Below, piece after piece: positions 17,057 to 28,062 of a DNA stretch of 64,000 nt. The notes beneath the pieces are model-generated. The model did not search any database. It was not told the DNA's origin and was given only the letters and a program-made list of their open reading frames with translations. Origin of the DNA: an uncultured Selenomonadaceae bacterium (lineage in GTDB: Bacteria > Bacillota > Negativicutes > Selenomonadales > Selenomonadaceae). The DNA lies in contig CAJOMO010000010.1 of assembly GCA_905235685.1 (NCBI GenBank), positions 247 to 64,246 of the forward strand, written 5' to 3'. How positions within the stretch are numbered: position 1 is the first letter of the stretch; each line of letters starts with the position of its first letter. A program made the position numbers and the translations under genes.

Positions 17057-18850
17057 TTGGAAAAATCTCAGTCTTCAATGAAGACGCAATTTATGCTAAT
17101 GATGGTAATTGCGTCGCTGGTTACAATGTTTGTCGTGGGTACGGTCTTCACTTTCGATATCATAAGTAACAATGAACAGGAAATTAAAGCGTTTCGCGAA
17201 ATGCTGACAAATGACGTGCAACGCGAATTGAAAAATCAAACTAAAACCGCGATAAGCGCCATTCAAGAAGTTTACAGGCATCAACAATCCGGACTTTTGA
17301 CAGAAGCAGCCGCAAGAAAAGCCGCCGCTGATTTGGTGCGTGATATGCGCTACGAAGGCGACGGCGGTTATTTCTGGATTGATACCTACGAAGGCATTAA
17401 CGTAGTTTTATTGGGCAGAGACAGCGAAGGCAAATCTCGTATTGATTTAACAGATCCGACCGGTAAACAATTTATTCGCGAAATGATTGAAAACGGCAGG
17501 AAACCCGACGGCGGCTTTACCGATTTAATGTTCGCTAAGCCGAATGAAACTGAACTTTTGCCGAAAATAAATTATACTGCCGCATTTGAGCCGTATCAGT
17601 GGGTTATCGGTACGGGCGTTTGGGTTGATTATATCGATAATCGCGTTGCCGAAATGAAGGCGCGCTCAGACGAAAATTTGAAGAGCATCGTTATGAAAAT
17701 GACGATTGTCAGCGTGATTTTGGAAGCCGTGATTATTTTTGCCGCGAATGCCTTTGCAAATTATCTGATTGTGCCGATTCGCAATTTGACTTCAGCTTTG
17801 GGAATTTTGGGGCAAGGCGATTTTCGCATGACTAATCAACCGGAAGAAAACGACGTTACCCGCACGGACGAATTAGGCGTTATGGCACGTGCCGTTTCGC
17901 AGCTGCGCGAAAATGTCCGAAGTATGATTAACAAAGTCATAACGTCCGCCGAACAGGTTGCCGCGGCGTCGGAGCAATTGACAGCCAGCGCCGACCAATC
18001 GACGACTGCGATTAATCAAGTTGCCGAATCGATTGTAAATGTTGCGGGCGCGTGCACCGAGCAATTCACCGAAGTTGAAAACGCCACCGCTAAAGCCGGC
18101 GAACTGAAAACTCATATGAGCGTTTTTGCTGATACTTTGCACGATTCTTCGCGCGAAATTGGCGAAACCAGCACCGCCGCCGAAAAGGGCGTTTCTGCCG
18201 TCAAAAATGCGATTGACCAAATGTCGACGATTGAGACTTCCGTTAATTCTTCCGCTGAAGTTATCGCGCAGCTCGGCGAAGAATCCGAAAAAATCGGCAA
18301 GATTGTTGACGCTATCGTTGCCATTGCCGATCAGACGAATCTTTTGGCGCTCAATGCGGCGATTGAGGCGGCAAGAGCCGGTGAACACGGGCGCGGCTTT
18401 GCTGTCGTTGCTGATGAAGTTCGTAAATTAGCAGAGCAATCTCAAAGTTCCGCTAAAGAAATTTCCACGCTGATTGGCTCTATTCAAGAAAAATCTCAAG
18501 ATGCGGTTAAGTCCATGCAGCAGGGCGTATCTAATGTTAAAACCGGCGCGGACGCTGTGGACGAGGCGGGCAAAACTTTTGGCGAGATTATGAAGAAAGT
18601 TACCGCCGTTTCAACCAGTTCAGATAAAATGGACGGGCTGGTTGTCGAATTGGCGAAGAGTACCGATGTCATAATCCATTCGGTTGACCGCATTAACGAA
18701 AAGAGCCGCGAAGTTGCGAAAGAATCTGAAACGGTTTCGGCGTCGGGCGAAGAACAATCCGCCACCATGCACGAAATTGCCGACGCGAGCCGTTCACTTG
18801 CCGTTATGGCTCAGCAAATGCAGGACGTCATTTCGAAATTCAAAATCTAA
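17057..18850 (+). CDS. Methyl-accepting chemotaxis protein (sCache_2 sensor + HAMP + MA domain)
   Basis: 597 aa. TTG start after GGGGGAG. Two TM segments flank a Cache-like region ([11 protein letters not shown]...[14 protein letters not shown]). Conserved MCP signalling hairpin [40 protein letters not shown]. Confidence 0.9.
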   Translation: MEKSQSSMKTQFMLMMVIASLVTMFVVGTVFTFDIISNNEQEIKAFREMLTNDVQRELKNQTKTAISAIQEVYRHQQSGLLTEAAARKAAADLVRDMRYEGDGGYFWIDTYEGINVVLLGRDSEGKSRIDLTDPTGKQFIREMIENGRKPDGGFTDLMFAKPNETELLPKINYTAAFEPYQWVIGTGVWVDYIDNRVAEMKARSDENLKSIVMKMTIVSVILEAVIIFAANAFANYLIVPIRNLTSALGILGQGDFRMTNQPEENDVTRTDELGVMARAVSQLRENVRSMINKVITSAEQVAAASEQLTASADQSTTAINQVAESIVNVAGACTEQFTEVENATAKAGELKTHMSVFADTLHDSSREIGETSTAAEKGVSAVKNAIDQMSTIETSVNSSAEVIAQLGEESEKIGKIVDAIVAIADQTNLLALNAAIEAARAGEHGRGFAVVADEVRKLAEQSQSSAKEISTLIGSIQEKSQDAVKSMQQGVSNVKTGADAVDEAGKTFGEIMKKVTAVSTSSDKMDGLVVELAKSTDVIIHSVDRINEKSREVAKESETVSASGEEQSATMHEIADASRSLAVMAQQMQDVISKFKI

Positions 18851-18869
18851 GCGCAATTTCATATTGGCA

Positions 18870-18912
18870 AAAAAAATTTCCCGCAGCCGAAATTTGGTCA
18901 CGGGATTTTTTA
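18870..18912. terminator. Bidirectional terminator between convergent genes
   Basis: A-run, stem tcccg...cggga, T-run (aaaaaaaatttcccgcagccgaaatttggtcacgggatttttta). Confidence 0.5.
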
Positions 18913-18932
18913 TTTGTGGGAAAAATTATAAA

Positions 18933-19499
18933 TTATCTGTAGCCGTTCAATTTTTTGGGAGCGTAAATTTTAATCGCGCCCCAGCTGATTGACGCCTCTA
19001 AGCCTTTTTTGGTAAGCATATAAGCTTTGACGCCGCGCGCCGTAAGTTTTTCGCTGCCGCTGCCGCTCGGTTTGTTATTGCCGGAAGCCACCGCAACCGT
19101 CGTGAATGAGGATTTCGTTTTGCCGGTCATAAATCTGTCCCAGGCGTCTTCGTCTTCGAAAGTCAACAGCAAATCGTATTCAATGCAACCGAAAAGTCCG
19201 AGCCCGAGTCCGAGAATGTCAATTTCGTTTTGTTTGAGGTAAACTTTTTCGCCGGTTTCGTTGTTAATGGCAACACCGCGCCCGCGTCCGAAGAAAAATA
19301 CGCGCGAACTGCTCAAAGTTGCGTAACCATAGGCGCTTTGAGCCTCACTGATAAGGTTGGGTTTTTTGTCGTAAAAACGATCCATAGCTTGAGCGTGCAC
19401 TTCGTCAATTCGGGCGCGCTCTTCGTTGACTGTGCGGGCAAAAGCCGTTGACGCTATCATCATACAAAACAGCGCCACTAACACTGAAAATTTTTTCAC
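18933..19499 (-). CDS. Exported SYLF (Ysc84/DUF500)-like domain protein
   Basis: Start moved to GTG 19499 (GGAGG 8 nt upstream), giving signal peptide VKKFSVLVALFCMMIASTAFA. Gly-rich beta motifs FFFGRGRGVAINN, LGLGLGLFG. Confidence 0.5.
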   Translation of the reverse strand: MKKFSVLVALFCMMIASTAFARTVNEERARIDEVHAQAMDRFYDKKPNLISEAQSAYGYATLSSSRVFFFGRGRGVAINNETGEKVYLKQNEIDILGLGLGLFGCIEYDLLLTFEDEDAWDRFMTGKTKSSFTTVAVASGNNKPSGSGSEKLTARGVKAYMLTKKGLEASISWGAIKIYAPKKLNGYR

Positions 19500-19512
19500 A
19501 AGGACAACCTCC

Positions 19513-20004
19513 CTAAAGTGTAATAAATTGTGGAACAATATCAGCAAAATTCCCGTCCGGCATACGAAAACCGCCAGGAATTGTACCTAACTCCGTGAAA
19601 CCCAGTCGCTTGTACAAATGGCGCGCGTGAATATTCGTGGCAACCACCGCGTTGAATTGCAAAATCTTGAATCCAATTTCCCGCGCCTTGTCAATGCAAT
19701 GTTTAACAATCAATTCGCCGATATGACGCCCGCGCAAATCCGCACGCACGGCGTAACTTGCATTTGAAATGTGCCCGCAGCGCCCTACATTATTTGGGTG
19801 AAGAATGTACAGCGCCAAAATTTCGCCGGTGTCTTCGTCGACAGCTAAGCCGGTGAAGGACTGCGATTTAAAAAATTCGTCGCCGGTAATTTCGTTAAGT
19901 TCCTCTTCCTGCGGAAAAGCAACGCCTGCGCGAACAATTTCATTCCAAATGTCGATTGCGGGTTTAATATTTTCCGGCGAATACGGCTTGACGATAATTG
20001 ACAT
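19513..20004 (-). CDS. GNAT-family N-acetyltransferase
   Basis: Start at ATG 20004 (GGAGA 8 nt upstream). Acetyl-CoA motif RADLRGRHIGELIV and ...ARHLYKRLGF. Confidence 0.85.
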   Translation of the reverse strand: MSIIVKPYSPENIKPAIDIWNEIVRAGVAFPQEEELNEITGDEFFKSQSFTGLAVDEDTGEILALYILHPNNVGRCGHISNASYAVRADLRGRHIGELIVKHCIDKAREIGFKILQFNAVVATNIHARHLYKRLGFTELGTIPGGFRMPDGNFADIVPQFITL

Positions 20005-20019
20005 AAAAATTTTCTCCAA

Positions 20020-21684
20020 TCAGAACAGCCCGCTGATAACGCCTTCGGGGGTAATGTCGATATTTTCAGCGGCAGGAACTTTCGGCAAACCAGGCATCGT
20101 CAAAATATCGCCCAAAATCACTACAAGGAAACCCGCCGCGGAAATTCTGACTTCCTGCACGTGGATTTTGAATTTTTCGGGACGCCCCAATTTTTTCGCG
20201 TTGTCCGTCAAAGAGTATTGCGTCTTCGCCATACAAATCGGCAAATTCCCGAATCCGAGCCGCTCGGTGTCTTTAATCTGATTGAGCGCCTTAGGCGTGT
20301 ATTTGACTTTTTCAGCGCCGTAAATTTTCGTGGCGATAGTTTGAATTTTTTCTTTGACGCCGACGTCGAGCGGATAAGTGAATTTCAAATCAACCGGCTC
20401 ATTGAACGCGGCTTCAACCGCCTTAGCAAGTTCGATACCGCCAACGCTGCCTTCGGCGTGAACATTTGAGCGCGCAAATCTAACCTTTTTCTTCGCGCAG
20501 AGGTCGGCGATAACTTGAACTTCTTCCGGCGTATCCTGCGGGAAATTGTTGACGGCAACCACAACCGGCACGCCAAAACTTTGCATATTCTCGATATGTT
20601 TTTCAAGATTGGCAACGCCCCTTTGGACGGCTTTAACATTCGGCTCGCTCAGATCTTCTTTCTTAACGCCGCCGTGAAATTTCATCGCCTTAACCGACGC
20701 CACAATCACAACCGCGCTGGGCTTAATCCCGCCGAGTCTGCACTTGATATTGATAAATTTTTCCGCGCCCAAATCAGCGCCGAATCCGGCTTCAGTCACA
20801 ACAACGTCCGAAAGTTTCAGCGCGTATTTCGTGGCCATCAAGGAATTGCAGCCGTGAGCTATATTCGCGAAAGGTCCGCCATGAATTAGGCAAGGCACGC
20901 CCTCCAACGTCTGAACTAAATTAGGTTTAATCGCGTCCTTCAACAACAAAGCCAGTGCGCCCGTAACTTTCAAATCGTTTGAGAAAATTGGCTCATTGTC
21001 ATAGCTGAACGCCACCAACATTTTGCCGAGCCGCTCTTTCAAATCGCCGAGACTTGTCGACATACAAAGAATCGCCATAATTTCCGACGCAACGCTGATA
21101 TCAAATTGCGTTTCGAGCGGAATTCCATTTTTCATACCGCCCAATCCGATTACAACATTTCTCAAAAATCTGTCGTTGAGGTCAAGAACTCTGCGCCAAA
21201 AAATTCTGGTTGGTTTAATTTTCAATTCGTTGCCGTGAAAAATATGGTTGTCGATAATCGCGGCAAGCAAATTATGAGCGGTAGTAACGGCGTGAATATC
21301 GCCCGTGAAGTGCAGGTTTATATCTTCCATCGGCACAACTTGAGCGTAACCGCCGCCGGCAGCGCCGCCCTTCATTCCGAAACAAGGGCCAAGCGAAGGC
21401 TCGCGCAGAGTTAAACAAACATTTCTGCCCATGCGGTCGAAGGCGTCAGCAAGTCCAATTGCAGTGGTAGTTTTGCCTTCACCGGCGGGCGTTGGATTCG
21501 TCGCCGTTACCAAAACCAATTTGCCGTCCGGTTTGCCTTTGACGCGCTCCCAAACATCGCTTGAAATTTTCGCCTTGTAATTTCCGTACAGTTCCAAATC
21601 GCTCGCGCCTAAGCCGAGTTTTTTGGCAACCGTCGCAATTTTTTTCATCTTGGCCTTTTGCGCAATTTCCATATCACTCAACAT
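20020..21684 (-). CDS. fhs: Formate--tetrahydrofolate ligase
   Basis: 554 aa. Full-length match by eye to the FTHFS family (TPAGEGKTTTAIGL, GGAAGGGYAQV, PCLIHGGPFANIAHG). Confidence 0.95.
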   Translation of the reverse strand: MLSDMEIAQKAKMKKIATVAKKLGLGASDLELYGNYKAKISSDVWERVKGKPDGKLVLVTATNPTPAGEGKTTTAIGLADAFDRMGRNVCLTLREPSLGPCFGMKGGAAGGGYAQVVPMEDINLHFTGDIHAVTTAHNLLAAIIDNHIFHGNELKIKPTRIFWRRVLDLNDRFLRNVVIGLGGMKNGIPLETQFDISVASEIMAILCMSTSLGDLKERLGKMLVAFSYDNEPIFSNDLKVTGALALLLKDAIKPNLVQTLEGVPCLIHGGPFANIAHGCNSLMATKYALKLSDVVVTEAGFGADLGAEKFINIKCRLGGIKPSAVVIVASVKAMKFHGGVKKEDLSEPNVKAVQRGVANLEKHIENMQSFGVPVVVAVNNFPQDTPEEVQVIADLCAKKKVRFARSNVHAEGSVGGIELAKAVEAAFNEPVDLKFTYPLDVGVKEKIQTIATKIYGAEKVKYTPKALNQIKDTERLGFGNLPICMAKTQYSLTDNAKKLGRPEKFKIHVQEVRISAAGFLVVILGDILTMPGLPKVPAAENIDITPEGVISGLF

Positions 21685-21839
21685 TCAAATTCGCCTCCGC
21701 ATAAATTTTTTTGGCTTAATTTTAATTGAAGAATTGAATATTGGCAAGGAGTTTAGCAATAATTTTTTAGTTTACATTTTTTAGGGGCTGTTGTAAAATT
21801 GAGCGTATTTTAAAAATTTGCGGCAAAGGAGTCAGTGAT

Positions 21840-22880
21840 ATGCCGGAATGGACATTAGCATTAGTCGCAGCAATGGGCGTAGTACTCATTTCGACGCCGG
21901 CGGTAATAGCATTGGCGAAAAAAACGGGCGCAGTCGACAAACCGGACGCGCGCAAAGTTCATAAAAAACCTGTCCCGCGAATAGGCGGCGCGGCAATTTT
22001 CCTGGGCTTTATGAGCGCAATAATTTTAACGGCGATAATGGCAAAATTCCAAGGCGAAATGCTGTTTGAAGTTATCGGGCTAATCGTTTCGGGAACTTTG
22101 ATGTTTTTGGTTGGAATTGTCGACGACTATAAAAATTTACCGGCGAAAGTCAAACTTTTGGGGCAAATCGTGGCGGCGGCGGTACTTGTGCTGGCGTTCG
22201 ACGTGCGAATAGATTTTATCACAGATCCTTTCGGCGACTACATTTATCTGGAATGGTTCGCAGTGCCGGCAACGCTTTTCTGGCTGGTTGGAATAACAAA
22301 CACGGTGAATTTAATCGACGGGCTCGACGGCTTAGCGGCGGGCGTGTCGTTAATCGCGGCGGGAACAATTTTTTTAGTGGCAATGGAGCAAAATTTTTTC
22401 CTAATCACGATACTAACGGCGGCATTGGCGGGCGCGGCGTTCGGATTTTTATTTTACAATACGAATCCTGCGCGAATATTTATGGGCGACTCCGGAAGTT
22501 TATTTTTGGGATTTATGCTGGCGGGAATTTCGGTAATAGGCGCGACGAAAAGCACAACGACGATAGCCTTGATAGTGCCGATATTGGCGCTGGGCTTGCC
22601 AATTCTGGATACGACCTTTGCAATAGTGCGGAGATACCGCGGCGGGCAGCCGATTTTCAAACCGGACAAAGGACATTTGCACCACAGACTTTTGAACTTA
22701 GGATTTTCGCAACGGCAGGCAGTTTTTCTGATGTATTTATTCAGCGCGATATTGGGCTTGAGTGCGATAGTTTTAACCGAAGTCAGCGGCAAATTTGCAA
22801 TTCTTATTTTGGGGCTAATGTTGGTGTCGATTTTCTACGGCGCAAAAAAATTGGGCGTCCTGCGCCTGGCGAACAGATGA
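21840..22880 (+). CDS. Polyprenyl-phosphate N-acetylhexosamine-1-phosphate transferase (WecA/TagO, MraY family)
   Basis: 346 aa polytopic protein. Motifs IVDDYKNLP, NLIDGLDGLAAG, FMGDSGSLFLGF. Confidence 0.85.
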   Translation: MPEWTLALVAAMGVVLISTPAVIALAKKTGAVDKPDARKVHKKPVPRIGGAAIFLGFMSAIILTAIMAKFQGEMLFEVIGLIVSGTLMFLVGIVDDYKNLPAKVKLLGQIVAAAVLVLAFDVRIDFITDPFGDYIYLEWFAVPATLFWLVGITNTVNLIDGLDGLAAGVSLIAAGTIFLVAMEQNFFLITILTAALAGAAFGFLFYNTNPARIFMGDSGSLFLGFMLAGISVIGATKSTTTIALIVPILALGLPILDTTFAIVRRYRGGQPIFKPDKGHLHHRLLNLGFSQRQAVFLMYLFSAILGLSAIVLTEVSGKFAILILGLMLVSIFYGAKKLGVLRLANR

Positions 22881-22891
22881 TTAAAAAATTT

Positions 22892-22926
22892 AACCGCTTA
22901 ACAGTCTTTGCGGTTTATTTTTTTGT
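22892..22926 (+). terminator. Rho-independent terminator after the wecA-like gene
   Basis: aaccgc-ttaacagtcttt-gcggtt followed by tattttttt. Confidence 0.6.
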
Positions 22927-23062
22927 TCAAATTAAAAAAACTTTTTTCTGAAATTTTCGGCAGGATTTTTACAAGGCGCGTAGAAATTGTTTTTTAAAAT
23001 GAAGTAATATCAGCGTTGTAGTACGTTGAAGGGTATTCTTAGCCAAGAGGAGGTTTTTTTTC

Positions 23063-24196
23063 ATGAGAAAAACAGAATGCCTGGGAATGATTCTCGCCGG
23101 TGGTCAGGGCAGCCGTCTTAAAGCTTTGACAAAGACTGTTGCAAAGCCCGCAGTTCCGTTCGGCGGCAAATACCGCATTATTGATTTTCCGCTCTCAAAT
23201 TGCGTCAACTCCGGAATTACCAAAGTTGGAATTGCAACTCAGTACAAACCGTTCGAACTTCACAGCTACCTCGGCGCCGGCACTTCCTGGGATCTCGATC
23301 GCACCGGCGGCGGCTTGTTCGTGCTCCCGCCGTATGCACGCGAAAAAGGCGGCGATTGGTATCGCGGCACGGCTGACGCGGTTTATCAAAATCTGAACTT
23401 TATCGATTTGGTTGACCCCGACTATGTTTTAATTCTTTCCGGCGACCATATTTACACGATGAATTACGCTTGGATGCTTGAATCCCACAAAAATAACAAC
23501 GCTGACGTTACAATCGGCGTTTTCGAAGTTCCGTGGGAAGAAGCGCCGCGTTTCGGTATTATGGCAACCGATAAGGAAACCGGACGCATTGTCGAGTTCC
23601 AGGAAAAGCCGAAAGAACCTAAATCCAATTTGGCGTCCATGGGTATTTACATTTTCAGCAAACCTTTCCTCAAAAAATATCTCGAAGAAGACGGCGTTAA
23701 CGAAAATTCCAGTCACGACTTCGGCAACGATTTAATTCCGAAAATGTTAAACGACGGCGCGCGCCTTTTCTCCTACGCGTTTGACGGCTATTGGAAAGAT
23801 GTCGGAACGATTGAATCTTTGTGGCTTGCAAATATGGATTTGCTCCAGGATACGCCGCCTTTTGAACTCAATGGCGATTGGAAAATTTATTCGTCGAATC
23901 CTTCAATGCCGCCTCATTACGTAGGACCGGAAGGCTCGGTTAAGAGATCTATGATTAGCGAAGGCGCAAAGGTTCTCGGTCAAGTTGAACATTCGGTAAT
24001 TTTCCCCGGCGCAAGTATCGGCAAGGGCGCTAAGGTTTTCAATTCGGTTATTTTCCCCGGCGTTACAATCGAAGACGGCGCTTATGTCAATTACGCCATT
24101 CTCGCGCAGGACGTCACCGTTAAATTCAACGCCAAAGTCGAAGGCAAGGAAAACGAAATCTTCGTCGTGGCTGAAAACGAAATCGTCACCGCTTAA
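23063..24196 (+). CDS. glgC: Glucose-1-phosphate adenylyltransferase catalytic subunit
   Basis: 377 aa. [27 protein letters not shown] and a C-terminal left-handed beta-helix. Confidence 0.95.
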   Translation: MRKTECLGMILAGGQGSRLKALTKTVAKPAVPFGGKYRIIDFPLSNCVNSGITKVGIATQYKPFELHSYLGAGTSWDLDRTGGGLFVLPPYAREKGGDWYRGTADAVYQNLNFIDLVDPDYVLILSGDHIYTMNYAWMLESHKNNNADVTIGVFEVPWEEAPRFGIMATDKETGRIVEFQEKPKEPKSNLASMGIYIFSKPFLKKYLEEDGVNENSSHDFGNDLIPKMLNDGARLFSYAFDGYWKDVGTIESLWLANMDLLQDTPPFELNGDWKIYSSNPSMPPHYVGPEGSVKRSMISEGAKVLGQVEHSVIFPGASIGKGAKVFNSVIFPGVTIEDGAYVNYAILAQDVTVKFNAKVEGKENEIFVVAENEIVTA

Positions 24197-24247
24197 TCGA
24201 TTTTCAATCTGAATAAATTCGTTCCCTTAATCAGGAGGTGCTCTGCA

Positions 24248-25357
24248 TTGAAAACAGTAGTAGGGATTATAAATCTTCAAGAAAGTAATGAACTTTTGAG
24301 AGAGCTCGCGGCAACTCGTGCGGTAGAGGCTCTGCCGTTCGCGGGACGTTATCGCGTCGTCGACTTCTCTTTGTCAAATATGATTAATTCCGGTATCAAT
24401 TCGGTCGGCTTGATGTTGCCGGATTATTCTCGCGCAGTACTCGATCATATCCGCTCCGGTAAAGATTGGGATTTGGCACGCCGCCGCGAAGGCTTAACCT
24501 ATTTGCCCGCCGCACTGCCCGGCTCGGACGCCCGCAAAGGCGATTTGAAAGATATTTACGCCAATCTCGATTTCGCCGAACTCAGCGATAAAAAATATGT
24601 CCTCTTCGTCAACGGCAGCTACGTTTACAATATCGACTTCCAGAAAATGCTCGACTTCCACAAAAAGAGCGGCGCCGATATTACCATGCTTTACAAAACT
24701 GTTGACAACGATAAGCCTGGTCGCACGGTCGTTATCGAAACCAGCACAAACGGTATCGTAACCGATTTGGCGGAAGTCAAAGACGTTCGCAAAGGTCAAA
24801 AGGCTGTCCTCAGCGCTTACCTTATGCCCGTTCCTACATTCGCCTATATCGTTCGTTCAACTTATGAGCGCGGCGGTCAAGACTTCCTCGTCGACGGAAT
24901 TATGCGCCACGCCACCGAACAGAAAATCAGCGCGTACGAACACAAAGGCTACGTCGCACGTATCAATTCTACGGAAGCTTATTACAAAGCTAACCGCGAT
25001 TGCCTCAATCCGGAAATTTGGACTGAACTTTTCATGAACAAGGAACGCCCGATTTTCACCAAAGTTAAAGATGAAGTTCCCGTTCAATACAAAGAAACTG
25101 CTGAAGTCAAAAATTCGCTCGTTGCTAACGGCTGCATAATCCAGGGCAGAGTCGAAAACAGCATAATTTTCCGCGGCGTCAAAGTCGGCAAAGGCGCTGT
25201 CGTCAAAGATTGTATTTTAATGCAGCGCTGCGATGTTGCGGAAGGCGCGCGCGTCGAAAATGTTATCTGCGACAAAAATGTTATGATTACCAAAAATCGC
25301 TGGCTTAAGGGCGTTGAGAGTTTCCCGTACATTGTCACCAAAAACGCTAGAATTTAA
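24248..25357 (+). CDS. glgD: Glucose-1-phosphate adenylyltransferase regulatory subunit GlgD
   Basis: 369 aa. TTG start 9 nt after AGGAGG. GlgC paralog lacking the GGxGxRL loop (PFAGRYRVVDFSLSN). Firmicute-type glgC-glgD pair. Confidence 0.85.
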   Translation: MKTVVGIINLQESNELLRELAATRAVEALPFAGRYRVVDFSLSNMINSGINSVGLMLPDYSRAVLDHIRSGKDWDLARRREGLTYLPAALPGSDARKGDLKDIYANLDFAELSDKKYVLFVNGSYVYNIDFQKMLDFHKKSGADITMLYKTVDNDKPGRTVVIETSTNGIVTDLAEVKDVRKGQKAVLSAYLMPVPTFAYIVRSTYERGGQDFLVDGIMRHATEQKISAYEHKGYVARINSTEAYYKANRDCLNPEIWTELFMNKERPIFTKVKDEVPVQYKETAEVKNSLVANGCIIQGRVENSIIFRGVKVGKGAVVKDCILMQRCDVAEGARVENVICDKNVMITKNRWLKGVESFPYIVTKNARI

Positions 25358-25557
25358 GTTGGCAATTTGACAGGCTCGGTTAAAGATTTTGGCTGAGTAA
25401 ATTTGATACAAATGGAGGCGGCGGATTTTTAGCGTCGAGATATAAATTGACTCGGCTTTGGAAATTCGCCCTTTCTGTGTTGTTAAAAAATCGCTCGCAT
25501 CTTTCTCTACCTCAACGTATGCGGCGAATGACTAAATTTCTAAAGGAGGGTTCTTGC

Positions 25558-28023
25558 TTGGCGAAAGATACTGACAAAAAAGCCGCAGTCAGCAAGGAAT
25601 ATGAGAAACTCAAGGAGAATCTTAAAAACAGGTTTATCAGTTCCGCGCATATTATGTTTGGACGCGACCTTAATGAATTGCCAATGAGCGATATTTACAA
25701 AACTGTCGCGGCTGTGGCTAAGCAAATTATTTCCGAAAACTGGATTAAAACCAACAAAGCTTATATGGATCGTCAAGTGAAACAGGTTTATTATTTCTCG
25801 ATTGAGTTTTTGATGGGGCGGCTTTTAAAGTCGAACTTGATTAATTTGGGTATCGACGAGGCTTTCCGCGAAGTCATGGAAGATTTAGATCTCAATCTTG
25901 ACGACGCTATCGAAGAAGAACCGGACGCCGGTTTGGGCAATGGTGGCTTAGGGCGTCTTGCCGCGTGTTTTATCGACTCAATGGCGGCTCACCGTTTGCC
26001 TGGTCACGGCTGCAGTATTCGCTATCAGTACGGGCTTTTCGAACAGAAAATTATTCAAGGTCAACAAGTCGAAATTCCGGATAATTGGCTGCGCGACGGC
26101 TTTGCCTGGGAATATCGCAAGCCCGATAAAGCTATCAACGTTAAATTCAACGGCAACGCTTACATGAAAGAACAGCCCGACGGTTCGCTGAAACTCGTCC
26201 ACGAAAATGCTATGATTGTTATGGCTGTTCCCTATGACGTGCCGATTGTTGGCTATCATAATAAAACTGTCAACACGCTCAGACTTTGGAATGCCGAAGT
26301 CAACCGCGATTTTTCCGATTATGGAATGTTGACGCATGAACAAATGCGCGCCAAAAATGATTATCGAAATTTCGTCGAAAGTATCACGCAATATTTGTAC
26401 CCCGACGATAGCTCGAACGAAGGTAAGCGTATGCGCCTTATTCAAGAATATTTCTTAGTTTCGGCGGGCGTCCAAAGTATTGTGCGTCATTTCGTGCGCT
26501 CCGGTTTCAATATTCGCGAATTTGACAAAAAAGTTGCGATTCACATTAACGATACACATCCGGCGTTGTGCGTGGCTGAAATTATGCGCCTTCTCGTCGA
26601 CGAATACGAACTTGAATGGAATGAAGCCTGGGTTATCACCAGAAATACTATGGCTTATACCAATCATACAATTATGCCCGAGGCTTTGGAGCGTTGGCCG
26701 GTCGATATGTTCAAAGCGCTGTTGCCGCGAATTTATATGATTATTGACGAAATTAACCGCCGCCACGTCGAATATGTCAAGGCGCGTTATCCTGGCAATG
26801 TTGACAAACTGCGCGCAATGTCGATTATCGAAAACGGCGAAGTGCATATGGCGCGTCTGGCGATTGTCGGCTCTCATTCGGTTAACGGCGTCGCCCGCAT
26901 TCACTCCGATATTTTGAAGTCCACAACTTTGCATGACTTTTACGAATATTGGCCCAGAATGTTTAACAACAAGACAAATGGAATTACGCACCGCCGCTGG
27001 TTGATGGGCGCGAATCCGGAATTGGCAAATCTTATCGACAGGACGATTGGCAGCCGCATTTGGCACAGACACCCTGAGCAGCTTGATTTATTCAATGAGG
27101 CTGTTGACGACCGGCGCGTTTTGGCGGAACTCGAAGAAATTAAACATTTGCGTAAAGTTTCTCTTGCTGAATACGTCGAAAAGCACAACAATATTAAAGT
27201 TGACCCGAATACAATTTTTGATATTCAAGTTAAGCGTATTCATTCGTACAAACGCCAGCTGATGAATATTCTCCATATTATGTGGCAGTACGACAAACTT
27301 AAAAATGACCCCAGCTACAATCCGCCCGCGACAACTTATTTCTTCGGCGGAAAAGCCGCGCCTGGTTATTACATTGCCAAAGAAACTATCAGACTGATTT
27401 TGGCGGTTGCGAGCAAGATTAACAATGACGCGTCAATTAACGGCAAGCTGAAGGTTGTTTTCATTGAGAATTTCGGCGTGTCGATTGGCGAAATTGTTTA
27501 TCCGGCGGCTGACGTTTCGGAGCAAATTTCTACCGCGTCCAAAGAGGCGTCCGGTACGGGCAATATGAAATTTATGATGAATGGCGCAATTACGCTCGGA
27601 ACGCTCGACGGCGCTAACGTTGAGATTCGCGAAGCTGTCGGCGACGATAACATTGTAATTTTCGGTTTGAAGGCGGGCGAAGTTCTGCGTTTTTATGAAA
27701 CCGGCGAATATTCCGCCTGGAACGAATACAATAACAATCCGAATGTCAAACTGGTTGTGAACAGGCTGACGGACGGCACTTATGGCAATTTCCAATCCCT
27801 GCGCGATTATCTGATTCAAGGTAACGACGAATTTTTCATTTTGAAAGATTTCAACGCATATATCGACGCACACAGCGAAATTTACGCGCGCTACAATGAC
27901 CGCTGGGGCTGGCTTAAATCTGCGGCGATTAACATTGCAAATTCTGCGCGATTCTCTTCCGACAGAACGATTGACGAATACGCAGACGAAATTTGGGGCA
28001 TTGTGCCTTGCAAAATTCAGTAA
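25558..28023 (+). CDS. glgP: Glycogen/maltodextrin phosphorylase
   Basis: Start moved to TTG 25558 (AAGGAGG 8 nt upstream); the track's 25447 start adds an implausible leader. Motifs LGNGGLGRLAAC and EASGTGNMKFMMNGA (PLP Lys). Confidence 0.93.
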   Translation: MAKDTDKKAAVSKEYEKLKENLKNRFISSAHIMFGRDLNELPMSDIYKTVAAVAKQIISENWIKTNKAYMDRQVKQVYYFSIEFLMGRLLKSNLINLGIDEAFREVMEDLDLNLDDAIEEEPDAGLGNGGLGRLAACFIDSMAAHRLPGHGCSIRYQYGLFEQKIIQGQQVEIPDNWLRDGFAWEYRKPDKAINVKFNGNAYMKEQPDGSLKLVHENAMIVMAVPYDVPIVGYHNKTVNTLRLWNAEVNRDFSDYGMLTHEQMRAKNDYRNFVESITQYLYPDDSSNEGKRMRLIQEYFLVSAGVQSIVRHFVRSGFNIREFDKKVAIHINDTHPALCVAEIMRLLVDEYELEWNEAWVITRNTMAYTNHTIMPEALERWPVDMFKALLPRIYMIIDEINRRHVEYVKARYPGNVDKLRAMSIIENGEVHMARLAIVGSHSVNGVARIHSDILKSTTLHDFYEYWPRMFNNKTNGITHRRWLMGANPELANLIDRTIGSRIWHRHPEQLDLFNEAVDDRRVLAELEEIKHLRKVSLAEYVEKHNNIKVDPNTIFDIQVKRIHSYKRQLMNILHIMWQYDKLKNDPSYNPPATTYFFGGKAAPGYYIAKETIRLILAVASKINNDASINGKLKVVFIENFGVSIGEIVYPAADVSEQISTASKEASGTGNMKFMMNGAITLGTLDGANVEIREAVGDDNIVIFGLKAGEVLRFYETGEYSAWNEYNNNPNVKLVVNRLTDGTYGNFQSLRDYLIQGNDEFFILKDFNAYIDAHSEIYARYNDRWGWLKSAAINIANSARFSSDRTIDEYADEIWGIVPCKIQ

Positions 28024-28062
28024 TAAATTAGTGTAAACCTATTTCAAAGGAGGCGTAAACTT

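Noticed and set aside
25447-25557. N-terminal extensions offered by the ORF track (glgP from 25447; carboxyltransferase from 46426; DUF2225 from 36567; 37246; 39401; 44239; 47554; 55370; 19547)
   Set aside because: In each case an internal ATG, GTG or TTG with a well-spaced GGAGG-type SD gives the family-typical N-terminus or a proper signal peptide. The extensions overlap upstream genes, repeats or terminators.
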